Source: Dimorphilus gyrociliatus
Taxonomy: Eukaryota > Animalia > Annelida
Direction: 5' to 3'
Assembly: GCA_904063045.1 (NCBI GenBank)
Contig: CAJFCJ010000070.1
Location: 95,496 to 159,495 of the forward strand
DNA length: 64,000 nucleotides
Shown piece by piece: positions 47,210-58,703 of the stretch. A program made the translations under genes and the position numbers. The number at the start of each line of letters is the position of its first letter. Within the stretch, counting starts at the first letter, position 1. A model generated the notes under the pieces. The model was not told the DNA's origin. It did not search any database and worked only from the letters and a program-made list of their open reading frames with translations.

Positions 47210-48702
47210 AGGAGAATAGGCCTATAACATCAAATGATCCTTTTTTGAAATAAATATTGAATTTCTTCCTGACAATTTCCTGCAAAGAGATGCTTCATTT
47301 GGAAATCAGAGAATAATCAAATTTGTAATCTATTGTCCCAAAACAAAGTTTGGTATTTGGATGGTATGTTTATGGTTGTCAAAGAACCATTTTTTCAACT
47401 TTTCTCCAATCCTTCCTTTATAAAGAAAGATGAAGAAACAAAGTAGATTCCTTTGACATTTATGTCCATGACATCAAAGAAGAAGAAAGGGATCAACAGA
47501 AGTCGCCCACTACCCATGGCAGAAGTCGCCCAGAACTGTGATTGAAGTCGCCCAGGACAAAGCAGAACTCGCCCTGTGCACTTATTAAAATTGTATAAAT
47601 AGACGAAGTTGAATAGAGACTATTTTTTCTTGTTCATTTCAAATAGAGAGTAATTTCTGAATAAAGTTCAGAACATTTTTGCAAAACTTCTGATGAAGTC
47701 ATCTGAAATGATATGTATGAGTTTCTAGTTCTATATAAGCGAATTTAAACAACCAGCTAATGGTTACAGAACTGAACTGAACTGTCAAACTGGAGAAATG
47801 TATTTCCTTTGATACATTTACCAAAGCTTGGGTTACCTTGGTCAAAGGATTGCAAACTTGAAATGTAACAGTCTCACAATGCATATATAACAAAAACATG
47901 AAAAACTATTGCATCACTTATGGCTAAGATGTGGCACTGCAAAAACAAACCTGCCTCTTCTGCATCTGTTTTTGAATAAGATGTAACAAGTTTGACATGC
48001 ATTTTTTCTATATTGTTTGTTCATTTGTTAATTCCATAATGACACCATCTTTTATGGTCAAAGAATCTATTTCCCACGAAATAAAGGTCTTTTTAAAGTT
48101 ATAGAATCTAATTCTACTAAATAGAAGTCTTTCTCAAGCTCGATAATTATAATTCCTATGAAATTACCTTTTTTGTAAACTTCCACAAATATAATTCCTA
48201 CGACATAAAAGTCATTCTATAGTTGCACCATTATAATTGCTATGAAATAAAAGCCTTTCTAAAGTTCTATGATATCTGAAGTCTATTACATTATTATTTC
48301 TAAGTGCACATCATTTCTTGTTTTATCCCTGAAAAACTTAAATAAATCAACAAAAGACTTTAAATATTTAAAACAACAAGAAAAAAGATATTTTCCCACT
48401 TACTGGGGCGACTTCTGTCATTCATCTGGGCGACTTCTGCCTTAGTTCTGGGCGACTTCTGCCATGGGCGACTTCTGTCCTGGACGACTTCTATCGTATT
48501 CAAGAAGAAAGCATATATACAAGTATTAAGGGTAACTTAACAAATATTTCATCTGCCCTCATATTCTTGAGGAAATTCCAACACTTACAAGTTAATAAAG
48601 TTTCTCATTTTGCACCAACTATATTATTTTATTATTTGCTTCTATTTCCTTTAAAATTAAAACGGTTGCTTTGCAAAAAGGGGACGAGTTTTCCAGTTCC
48701 CC
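47210..48702 (+). mobile_element. MULE transposase remnant (intron-bearing) interrupted by element E
   Basis: EFLPDNFLQRDASFGNQRII...WYLDGMFMVVKEPFF...KKDEETK.IPL...MTSKKKK|AYIQVLR resumes in frame across the duplicated TSD; TIR-like end ggggacgagttttccagttcccc at 48680-48702. Confidence 0.75.
47489..48501. mobile_element. Non-autonomous MULE (element E, Pack-MULE-like) carrying a GPCR gene fragment
   Basis: Inverted terminal arrays of agaagtcgccc (47489-47580) and gggcgacttct (48405-48501); perfect 9-bp TSD aagaagaaa (47480-47488, 48502-48510); interior 47700-48045 homologous to GPCR families elsewhere in the window. Confidence 0.88.
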
Positions 48703-48919
48703 AAAATTAATAGTACTGCATGTGTTCATTAATAAAGAATACGTGAGTAGGCGGATCAAAAACATTCAAATGTAACATTCAAACAGTAGAATAGTACATA
48801 TTTTCCTGCCACGATCAGTACAATTCTAAAACACACTAGAATTGTTTATTTTCCTAAATTTCATGGTCATTATTGATATCACTCAATTTCATTAAGTCCA
48901 AAAAAAGTGGAATGAAATT

Positions 48920-49245
48920 TTCAATTGTTTAAAGACATTCCAGAACAAGGTATCATGTGGATTGATATAATTTCTGTACTTTGTTACATTGTAATTGTAG
49001 GAATTTCTGCTTCTTCAGAACAGTATTTATCCTTTCCAACCATTTACCAACTCACCAAAGTACTCACACAAATAGAATCTTTTGAAGTTCCTACACAAAT
49101 AGTCTTAATCTATGTAAGTTTGGTAGAAATCAATCAACAAAACACCAATATTACGTGCAAAGACTATATATTGAGTAAATGAGTTTCTAGTTGTAAACTA
49201 GCAAGTTTAAACAAGAAGCTGACGGTTAGAGAACTGAACTGACAA
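48920..49245 (+). pseudogene. LGR-like GPCR fragment (family C), ends at a 10-N gap (49246-49255)
   Basis: Reverse-complement match to 42190-42500 and 24050-24200. Confidence 0.45.
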
Positions 49246-49319
49246 NNNNNNNNNNCAGAACACAATGATTCGACTATATTTAAATATTTAAAAAAATAGT
49301 AAATTGTTTAAATTACATA

Positions 49320-50498
49320 GTGGGTTCTAATTTTATGAATCATTTATATACATCTGTGAAAATGATACCGGATACAAATTATCAGATTGATGCAAAGTTT
49401 TGCAGTAAAGGAAAGACATATGCAAAATCTGGAATGCATGAATCATTGGTTGTCAAATGTGATGAAGTGTATTCTGGTAAGTATTTCCTTTTTCACCTCT
49501 ACTTGGAAGGATCAAGTTCAAAGAGAACAATAGATATAAATGAACTCTATATGTATGCTAAATTATTGAATAAGGCAAAAACTCATGGTAAATTTTAAAA
49601 ATCATTTTTTTGATAATATTAATTCTTTACCTGTTCAACAGTTTCCTTAACAACTTATAAAAATGTTATTAAAAAGATTATAAGAGACGGAAGTGACGTC
49701 AGTACAGATATATTAAATATTATGCAAGATGCAGTATATTATTTATCTTCTTCATTATTGGAAGATGTAAATATTGAAATAGAAATATTAACTGATTTAA
49801 TCTACTTAAATACAATTTGCATATCTTGTATGTAAAAATTCTTTGTCTTTAATTCAGCTTTTAAAATTTATTCATATTTTTTTCCAGGCTCTAATGAAGG
49901 CATTGCTGCTGATGATGAAACTGTAGAAATTACAGATTATTTTAAAAATGAAATTGTAACTACAAAAATAAAGGGAGATTTTTTATCACAACATACAACT
50001 TGTGGAACTTTTAACACTGTATTCTCAAAATATTTAAAACTTTTATCTTTAAGGAAAAGACCAATTTTTGAAATTGAACTTTCTGCAACAACAATTGCAT
50101 CAAAAGAATGTTTGTAAATCGTGTTTATTTCTCTAAAATTTCCTATATTTATTTTCTTAAATTTTCTTTTAAAAGATGATCCTAGAAGAAATGAATTGGA
50201 AATATGTGAAATACAATCTTCAGAGCTTGTTTTAAATCTTACAAGTTTGCCAAGGCCACAAAATGATAATTTCTTTATGGTAAAACATTCATCTGAGATT
50301 GAAGATGATCAGGCAGTGATAGTTAATAAAAAAGAGCTATTAAATGGAAATTTAAAACTCTGTGATGAGATACAACTGCCAGAAAAGAATGCATTTTTCA
50401 AAAACGAAAAATTTTTCAATTGCTCAACAACTTTTGAAGAGATTCAAGTTTTTAATACTAATATACACTTGAGATCATCTGTGCATGTCTATGTTTAA
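49320..50498 (+). CDS. FTP-domain protein, paralog of 1-1310; at least 4 exons, 5' part lost at the gap
   Basis: HLYTSVKMIPDTNYQIDAKFC...VKCDEVYSGKYFLFH...DINELYMYAK; same phase-1 introns as the left paralog (after THG and after ICIS); spliced frame stays open to a stop at 50498. Confidence 0.6.
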
Positions 50499-50520
50499 AA
50501 TTTTTGAATATGTGTTATTG

Positions 50521-50670
50521 GGATATGTAAATGCATTGTTTAACCCTACCCCTAACCTAGCCCTTGTCTCTCTCTAACCTTTTTGAATACCCCTAAGCCC
50601 TTAGATGAAAGCCCTCTATTACAAATCAATAGCTACTTTACTCCTAACCATTTTTCAACCCAAAACCCTT
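50521..50670 (+). mobile_element. Partial family B MITE (other partial copies at about 6603-6810, 34758-34830 minus, 59785-59820)
   Basis: aaatgcattgtttaaccctacccctaacctagcccttgtc...ctaaccatttttcaa; termini missing. Confidence 0.6.
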
Positions 50671-51011
50671 AGGGGAAATTGGGAACTAAAACAGTATCAC
50701 CTATTTTTAATTTTAACAATCCTGATCTGCTCATACTTTCAAAACTTGATGTCTGTCTCATTCTTCTCATACATAATTTTCCTTCAGTATTTATATATAA
50801 TATTATCATACTTTTCATAATCTAAAAATTACTGTTCACCTTCACCTCCCTTTATAACCCTAAATTTTATTGAAGAAAACATTATATGACAATTTTTCCA
50901 CAAGGATATCATTTGTTGAATATAATCGATTGTCAACAGTCATTAAAAGTGATTATTCATAAAATAGACATTTTAAGATATTAATTGACCTTTATTTTTT
51001 GTACACTCTTG

Positions 51012-52690
51012 TCAAGTTTCATTTTTACAATGTTTAGACATTTCCATTGAGCTAACAAAACTATATGTTCTACTGGAAAGCTTTTTAATTGGAAATTTTG
51101 AAGATTGGCGCCATGTATAAATTATACCACCAAAAATTCCAATGAGAATACAAATAGCAATTATTAAGCCAATGCCAAGTCCAATTTTTAAACCAGTTCT
51201 ATCATCAGAAGTCACAATCTTTGTGTTTATATCTAATGAAAACTGTACACAAGTTTAAGATATTAGATAGAAAAGATAAGAGCTCAATAGATAATAAGAG
51301 AATAGATAATATAAGAGTAGAGATTTATACCTTTTATCAGATCAGTTTGGCATACAAAGGGAAAGATATTTTCAGAGCAAATATGGCTTCTCCGATGGCC
51401 ATACAAAGAAGTACATAATGTCACACAATGTCCTTCTCTGTCATCAATATGATAAAAATATCAAAAACCTAAGTGATTTCCATTTTCCCAAATATAATTA
51501 CCACTATTTCCTCTCTTTAGGCCAATCCATAATCCCTCCATAAAATTAGGTAATTATTTTGTGGCATATTTTTCAATGAAAAAATTTTCTTCAAATGATG
51601 TTACTTCTGCTAAAGTGCCATTAATTCTTCTGCAAAATGCTTTTCAAAATTTACAAATATTTTCATTTCAAATACAAAACATTTATTATCAAACACTTTC
51701 CAAATGCCAGATTGAGAAAGTTTTGTGGGACAATGTCCTCATTCTGGGCTAGGAGTTGTTGGATAAGGCAGTTTTGGAACTTTGCATATGTAACCTGATG
51801 TTGAATGGCTATCACTACACAAGCGTCTCCTCCAGGAGCCAGATGTTTCTTGATGCCCACCATTATAAAGCACAACACATTTGCCCTGTTTATGACCAGT
51901 CCTGCTCCAAAATTGAAATGTTAGAGGAGTGTTATCCATCCAGTTATATGGACAGCCATAGTCTTTCCAAAATAGACCAATCTTCAAACTAACAGTATTT
52001 GGATATCTTTTAGCCATCATAGCTAGCCAAACTTGTTCTGAAAGGTCCTTAATACTGACCAGTCTGCTTTTGCTCCAGCCTTTTCGAATACATCCATGAA
52101 GTGCTTCTTTAAATGAGTTGGTTTTGTGTTCATCAAACAGATAGCAATAACTGCCATGACTGATCCACTTTTCACTATTAGGGCAAAGTCCATGAACAGA
52201 AGAGGTTGTCAGTGGAATGCCAGCTTGTATTTTACATATACTTTCAAGCTTTGTGCTACAAGGAAAGCCTTTCCATTTTCCATTTGGTGAAAGAGCCACA
52301 CAGTGATCTTCATCTCCAGGATATACATCCCAAATTGTAAAACCACTGTTGTATGATCACTCCAGTTATATAAGTCTGTAGCATTATTCCTATACATTCC
52401 AATCCAAATGTGATAATGTAGTCCTTCATTTAATGACATAGAATGAACAGAAGCCAAATTCATTTCCTAAAAAGTGTAACACTTAATAGAAAATAATTGT
52501 TAATAAACAATCAATTGATTTACCTGATTTTTACAGGAATTTAAAGATTCTTTCCAGGTTTTCTTGTCTTTTTGTATACTATAACATCCATCCCCTAGAA
52601 ATTCTCCTTTCTGACAAATTGTTTTCTTTGGAGGGGTTGTAGATGTCAAATTAATTTGATCTGAGTTCAAATATATAATTAAAAGCAAGT
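51012..52690 (-). pseudogene. Multi-C-type-lectin type I membrane receptor (mannose-receptor-like) pseudogene
   Basis: Three CTLDs (GCYSIQKDKKTWKESLNSC..WIGM..CVALSPNGKWKGFPC; YCYLF..SFKEALHGC..IGL..SWRRRLC; KCFVF..WIGL) and a TM segment IGLGIGLIIAICILIGIFGGIIY; 1-bp frameshift near 52340, TGA at 51739 and later stops. Confidence 0.85.
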
Positions 52691-52792
52691 CAACAAAGGT
52701 CTAAAATCCTAATCTTAAAATACATTAAAAGAAGGACAACTCAAAAACATGTTTTTGTGATAAGCTTTACATGTAATGGTATATACCTTTCT

Positions 52793-52890
52793 GGATAAGA
52801 CAGAAAGCATCCCCAAATGCATTGTTTAACCCTAACTTTAACCTAGCTCTTGTCTCTGCCTAACCTTTGAGGACATTTTCTGCTAGCCCC
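52793..52890 (+). mobile_element. Internally deleted family B MITE
   Basis: ggataagacagaaagcatcccc ... ttttctgctagcccc; TSD tacctttc(t/c). Confidence 0.8.
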
Positions 52891-53318
52891 TACCTTTCCA
52901 GATACTGCATACATAGCCTCTTCAAACTGAACGGTCACTTTCTTTCCAAACACCTGCTGTTAAACTTTGATAAGGGACTGCATTAGTTGACAGGAAATCA
53001 TAATTCTGAATGAATTTGACATTAGTGTAACAAATTACAACAAAGACATTGATTATATATACAATGAAAATTAATAAATAAATTTTGCTAATAATTTTCA
53101 CAAATATGATAATTTTCTATAATTTTTTTCAGTATTACATAAATATAACTCTTTCTTCATGGAAATTTAGACAAAAAAAACCAATTTAAAACAAAGATAA
53201 CATTTTTGGGGTGTTTTCAAAATTGGCATATCAGAATTTACAGTGTCCGGGTATTATAGGCCTTGACTTTATACATATATATGAAAAATTAATAATTATT
53301 ATCCTTATCTCTGTTTAG

Positions 53319-53811
53319 ATGTATTTTTCAAAAAGTCCAATCTGCTGTACTTTACATATAACGAGTGAAGAAGCCAAAGGATGGGGTTTTTCATTCATAG
53401 TTTTCGGCCTATTAATATCACTAATTTGCATAATAATTTTAATATTTTATATTAAAATATGGAAGCAAACTTTAGATAGAAAGAGATTAATTAATAGAAA
53501 TCAATTTAAAACTCAACAAAAGAAACTCAAATTTAATGCTTTTATCATTGTTGCTACAAATTTATGTTGTTGGTTTCCAATCTCCTTGTTAGGTAATTCA
53601 AACAAACAAATAAACAAACGTCTCTTGAACGATCCTTTGTTCAGGAATATATTCTGTACTCTTTCATTTGGTGTTGAAGAAGGAAATCTATATTATGTTT
53701 GTTGTTGTCATCCTACCATTAAATTCAATCATCAATCCCTTTATATACACTTTAAGGGATGTGAAATTGTATTATGAAAGGAATCAGGCTAAACTCAAGA
53801 AACATATGTAA
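53319..53811 (+). pseudogene. Orphan ECL2-TM5-TM7 end of an LGR/GRL101-type GPCR
   Basis: SPICCTLHITSEEAKGWGFS...IIVATNLCCWFPISLLG|52-bp intron 53593-53644|IFC...(+1 frameshift)EIYIMFVVVILPLNSIINPFIYT; no upstream TM1-4 nearby. Confidence 0.75.
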
Positions 53812-53984
53812 AGTATTCAGGGAAACAGTTTTTCCAGATACGTAGGCCTAATAATTTACTCTTTTTCTCTCTTTCATAGAGAACAACAAGTTAATTATGC
53901 AATAACAGTAAATCTTGAAGAATGTAAACATTTTGAAGAGAAAATGTTTTCAATTCATTCATTTATTCTTCTATTCAAAAAAGG

Positions 53985-54900
53985 TTTGCAATGGATGAGA
54001 GAAAATGAAAAATCACTGCTGCGCAATACAACAACAACGTCCGTTGAATTATTAAAGAAATCTTTGCCGTTTTATTTCCTTTCAAATATTTTTCAAATTA
54101 CAAACATCTCTGCAAAGGATTAGAATTGCGATCTCACATAATAAAACATTGACAAACTAAACAAAATATTTTCTTTAGATTCGGATCAGGTAGCCAGACT
54201 ACTCGGTTTTTCGGTATTATTCTTAAAATCTTACAAGTTACAAATTTTTTAATATTCAATTTAAAATATTCTAATGCTGTTGCTACTAAGCCAGAAATTC
54301 TGGCCTCGATATCGATTTGTGACCTCCGAGTTCTACAAGGCATAGGCCTAATGTATAAATACAGCAGCCTTCCATTTCTATTTTTGAATTATTCAGGTTG
54401 GAGCGTGAAGATTATCTAATCAAACCTTTGGCAGTTGTATATTATAATGGTTTCATTCTTGTTGTCCCTTCCAAGAAATATGTTGTAAGTTGACGGCAAC
54501 GACGATGCCGACGTCGGTTCTTGGACTTATAGCACAAATGATATAAATCTTATGTTAAACTGGATTTGGAAATGTACGAAAATAAGGACTTTGAGATTGT
54601 CGACAGTAATGTTGTTCATCCAGAGAAAAAGTATCCGTGCTGTCCCGAATTGTATGTTAGCTTAAAGTATACTATTCAACTTGGACGAAAAGTGTGACCT
54701 ACTTTAAATGTACTACCATTTTTCTTTTTGAATAAACAATATATCTATTAGTTTGAAAGTATTTGGCATATAAATTAATTAATAGATTTTATCCGTCAGC
54801 CATTATTATATTGTTAATTTCCTCTTATAGATTATATTGTATTCCAACTACAGTAGCGACATCTCTATTCCTATAATACAAACAGTTTGGAATTACCTAA
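53985..54900. pseudogene. Nicotinic acetylcholine receptor alpha-like subunit pseudogene, 5' half inverted
   Basis: Minus 54450-53985: SQIDIEAR..KILRIIPKNRVVWLPD..STDVVVVLRSSD. Plus 54485-54691: GSWTYST..LDLEMY..EIVD..KKYPCCPELYV.LKYTIQLGRK; intron 54692-54799 then a frameshifted PL.YIVNFLL (M1 start). Confidence 0.7.
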
Positions 54901-55000
54901 CAAATCCAATTGAATAGACATATTTATTGTTTATATATATATTATGGAATAAGAAATATGAAATGTTAAATAATAGATTTATATAAGCAAAAGAAAAGAC

Positions 55001-55255
55001 TTAAGCATTAAAACCCACAAAACCATTCAATAAATGCCTTTGGTCAAATTTAATTGAACAAATAATCATATATTTTATGATGTTTTGCCGTCCAATCAAA
55101 AATTCTCCATTTTGAATGAATAGGAGGAATTTGAGCATAAGCGTTCCCTTTAAAACGATTATATTCTGATCTTTGATAAACTTCTTCAAATTTTCCATCT
55201 GCTGTTTAGAAGCGGCGAAGCAGATGAAGCATTTCAACTTTCCTTCATTAGTCAT
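55001..55255 (-). pseudogene. Possible TIR-domain remnant
   Basis: KCFICFAAS..ENLKKFIKDQNIIV..EFLIGRQNII and, in an alternative frame, AFIEWFC resemble TIR boxes 1-3; weak. Confidence 0.35.
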
Positions 55256-55342
55256 ATTCTGTTAATGCAAATTATTCGTTGAACTAACCCTTGAAATTAA
55301 ATTAATAACCACGTGGTTATTGGACCATTCATTTAAATAATA

Positions 55343-56323
55343 TTACTCGACCAAAGCGACATCTACATTTCTAGAAGAAATCCTCCCCATAATATTTTTA
55401 TAGAATGTTTTTGTTTGAATTCTTATAGAGGATTTAGTATAGCCGTGAACCAGCGGGTTTACTGTTGAATTTGAAGCCATAATCGCCGTAAATGAATCAA
55501 ATAGTAATATAAACTGGGAATCAGAAAGAGTATATTTCATTCCTTGTCGATTGTAATGAATGACAATTAATACGGCTGATAAACTCCAAAACAAACAATT
55601 CATTATCAATAGACATGTTAAAACTGGTATACTACTGCCTTTAGATTCTAAATTAACGGCGTTCACTCTATCAGAAATTCTTTTTCTGTGTCTTCTGATC
55701 GCTTGAAGAATGGGAATGTAGAGTAAAAGGCTTGCAAATGAACTCGGTAACACTGTACTAAACGACCAAAAGTGAAGATAAGAAAATGAGAAAACTCTTA
55801 AAATATCGCATTGAAAACTATCATTCCTATTCAAACTTAATTCGTAACGATTCCAACCTAAAACCGGAAGTGAACAAACAAAAACGTTAAAGAACCATAT
55901 AGCAGAGAGTAGGATAAAAGCCCTTCTAGTTGTCCATAGTTTAGAGAAGGTTAACGGTTTTACAACTGCCATAAACTTTTCAAATGTGATTAGAGTCAAT
56001 GTAAAACAGGAGATTGAAACTACAAAGAAAATAACTTGAAATCCGCAAAGACAACTGTAATAGCTTATATCATAATTATGCAGAATTATGAATATGAGTA
56101 ACGTCATTGAATATAAGATATCGGTAAATGTCAATGCAGTCACACCAAAGTTATGTAATTTCCATAAATCTTTATTAACCGTATGAATTATTATTAAATT
56201 ACTGTTTAAAAGTAGGCCAATAATTTGAGCGCAACCAGAAAATATCGATATATAAATGCTCACGTACGCCATCTTTATTAATCTACAATTTTTTGATAGA
56301 AAAAGAAGCATCAAACCAAACAA
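55343..56323 (-). CDS. Intact single-exon rhodopsin-class orphan GPCR
   Basis: Seven hydrophobic segments; GLLLNSNLII (TM1), LTFTDIL (TM2), ITFEKFMAVVKPL (DRY variant EKF), LPVLGWN (TM4), CLFWS (TM6), NSTVNPLVHG (TM7). Confidence 0.9.
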   Translation of the reverse strand: MFGLMLLFLSKNCRLIKMAYVSIYISIFSGCAQIIGLLLNSNLIIIHTVNKDLWKLHNFGVTALTFTDILYSMTLLIFIILHNYDISYYSCLCGFQVIFFVVSISCFTLTLITFEKFMAVVKPLTFSKLWTTRRAFILLSAIWFFNVFVCSLPVLGWNRYELSLNRNDSFQCDILRVFSFSYLHFWSFSTVLPSSFASLLLYIPILQAIRRHRKRISDRVNAVNLESKGSSIPVLTCLLIMNCLFWSLSAVLIVIHYNRQGMKYTLSDSQFILLFDSFTAIMASNSTVNPLVHGYTKSSIRIQTKTFYKNIMGRISSRNVDVALVE

Positions 56324-56789
56324 AACTACATTATAGCAATGATTATAAAAATGAATAATAAATATTTATCATTTGCTCAACGCTGATTGGCTGAATAATA
56401 AAATATCCCTATAGTAGTTTATTATTTATATATTTAGTATCTGCGTCAGAGTAAAGACTCTTTAACCTTCATCTTTCGACTACTAATTGGATGAAAGCTC
56501 TCAAAAACAGGGAACAAATTGTATAGATTGATAAAAATAACTGGGAGGAATGAGATACCTATCTATTTATTTCTTACCAAAGGCTATTCCATCAAAGGGT
56601 GTTTTTAAAATCTGAATGTCCTACATTGTATATATTGAATAGACAGTTTGGCAGTAATTTTGTCCGCAATTTTCATAAATATGAAAGATTGATTATGATT
56701 TCTACCATTAAATTGTCATTCAAAATGTCGGCCATTGAAAGCTGGTTCAATCTCTAAATCTAATAGAATATATAATAAGAGGCTGTTGG

Positions 56790-57030
56790 AAAGATGATTA
56801 AGGAGTTGGGATATAGAAAAACCTATACAAAATAGACCCCATGTGATCGTAAAGGGTTAATAGAATGAGGTGAAGGTGAGCCATTGTTGTTCTTAGCTAC
56901 TCCAAGATAGAAAAGAAGACTTTTTGGAAAAAACAGTTACTGGAGATGAAACTGGGTTACATCTTTATGATCCAGAATCAAAGAGGGCTTCTTTGACCTA
57001 TATGAAGACCCTGCAAAGGCTAAGAAAACC
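56790..57030 (+). mobile_element. Mariner-like transposase remnant hosting a MITE
   Basis: LGYRKT; FLEKTVTGDETGLHLYDPESKR (mariner VTGDETW..YDPE motif). Confidence 0.65.
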
Positions 57031-57219
57031 GGGGCCGACAGAAAACGTCCCCAAATGAGATTTTTGAAAAATGGTTAGGAGGGGTAAAGTAGCTTTTGAT
57101 TTATAGTTAGGGGGGGTTCCATCTAAGGGTTAGGAGCAATCAAAAAGGTTAAGGAGAGACAAGGGCTAGGTTAGGGTTAGGGTTAAATCATGAATTTGGG
57201 GACGTTTTCTGTTGTATCC
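57031..57219 (-). mobile_element. MULE-type MITE (family B, subfamily 1)
   Basis: Ends ggggccgacagaaaacgtccccaaatg / atttggggacgttttctgttgtatcc; perfect 9-bp TSD aagaaaacc (57022-57030, 57220-57228). Confidence 0.92.
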
Positions 57220-57849
57220 AAGAAAACCATTACATAGTCATCATATTGAAGCATATTGACTGGCAGTCTTTATACTATGTTTTGGATAACTAAATCGTAT
57301 CGTTCATCAATTCTTTAGCTTGTCATAAACTGTTCAAGTTTTGTTTTTCTTTTAAAATGGCTGCCTCTCTTTTACTCCAATTGAACGAATGACTTATCCT
57401 AAAATATATCATCATCTCTTTCTCCTACATTTCAAAATGACTTATGAATATTTGATTAAATTATTTTTACAAGATAATTGCTTTTCACTTTTCTCATTTG
57501 TCTTTATTAATTATTCAATTTTTAATTTAACCAATTCCAAGTCATAGTCAGTTGATGGAATCCTTTATATAGGTCATAATCTAATTCCAATTGATTAATG
57601 ATTTTCATCTAGTATGATAACCTTCTCCTTTTTCAAAGTTCTACTTATGGAGCTCATACCAATCACAACAAACTGCAATTTGCTAATGATACTGGAAGAT
57701 GTCTGTGAAATAGATTTTCAAAATAGTGAAAAAAAAACTGTATATATATAGGCCTAATTGTTTATTCAATGTGTCTTTTTAAAAGTTGTCTCCAAATCTA
57801 ATAGATGGCACTAGTAGTTTTCTTTGTATAACTTGAATTAAATTAATGA

Positions 57850-58620
57850 AACTCTGTCTGCAAAACATTCCAATAAATTCCAATATTGCGACCAAGTACA
57901 GTTGTTGTGAACTATCAAATGTAAATTGAATTTCTTCTTAGGAATTCTTTTAAAAAATCAATAAAAATAAATTTAAATGGCGTTTTTAATTTGAATATTT
58001 TCAAATTAGAAAAACATGTCGATATTTGATTTTCATTGTTTAAAATTTCATTTAAAAATCTATTTTCCAAATCATAAAATATATCTGGATTTATAATTTC
58101 TAAATGTTGTAGATTTTTACATTTTTTTAAAAGTTTCCCACAATTCAAATTTCAGTATCTTTATCATTGGAGATGATGAAATTAGCCATCAAAAATATAT
58201 AAAATCCTATTACCAGGATTAGATTTTGGTGAAAAAATAAATATTTTATTGTTGAGTAGTTTCTTAAGAAAATATCCAAATTGTTTATAATTTGAATTTG
58301 AATTATTTAACAATACAATTGAATTTAAATTTCTACTCCAATTATTTATGATTGTTTCATTTAAAAATTGTTTACAAAATATTGATAATCCTCCATTAGA
58401 GCATATAAAATATTTCAAATTTTCGCATCTGTTCAAGAATTGTCTGACAAACTTTTTCGATGAAATATTTTCACACAAATTGAATTTTATAAAAATTAAT
58501 AATTTGGGTTCAACCATTTTTCTCAGCTCAACCAATTGAAAAATAGTTTTTCCCTATTGAATATTTTGAAGGAAATTCAAACAATAGCAAACAATTGAAA
58601 TCCCAAAAAACATAAAAGTA
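57850..58620 (-). pseudogene. LRR-like remnant
   Basis: LLKKCKNLQHLEII; FLNRCENLKYF; multiple frameshifts. Confidence 0.35.
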
Positions 58621-58644
58621 AGAAAAGGTCAGATTATATATAGA

Positions 58645-58650
<6 letters not shown>

Positions 58651-58677
<27 letters not shown>
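58651..58677. repeat. (AT)n microsatellite (others at about 7385-7400, 62036-62053, 63866-63890; (TGAT)n at about 61000-61025 and 63228-63245)
   Basis: Seen directly. Confidence 0.85.
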
Positions 58678-58703
58678 AGTACAAGGATATAAATAGCATT
58701 ATA

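Noticed and set aside
48405-48501. CRISPR-like array of gggcgacttct repeats with short spacers
   Set aside because: Repeats are 11-12 bp with 4-11 bp spacers, mirrored in inverted form at 47489-47580 and bounded by a 9-bp TSD: transposon subterminal repeats. No cas genes; eukaryotic context.
48990-49080. C2H2 zinc-finger-like reading (F-x5-L-x2-H-x3-H) of family C
   Set aside because: Cys spacing is wrong and the histidines are not conserved in the other copies; a GPCR TM1 reading fits the family better.
54485-54697. Intact soluble acetylcholine-binding protein
   Set aside because: Cys-loop is partly deleted, the 5' half is inverted, and a downstream acceptor leads to an M1-like PL.YIVNFLL, favouring a nAChR pseudogene.
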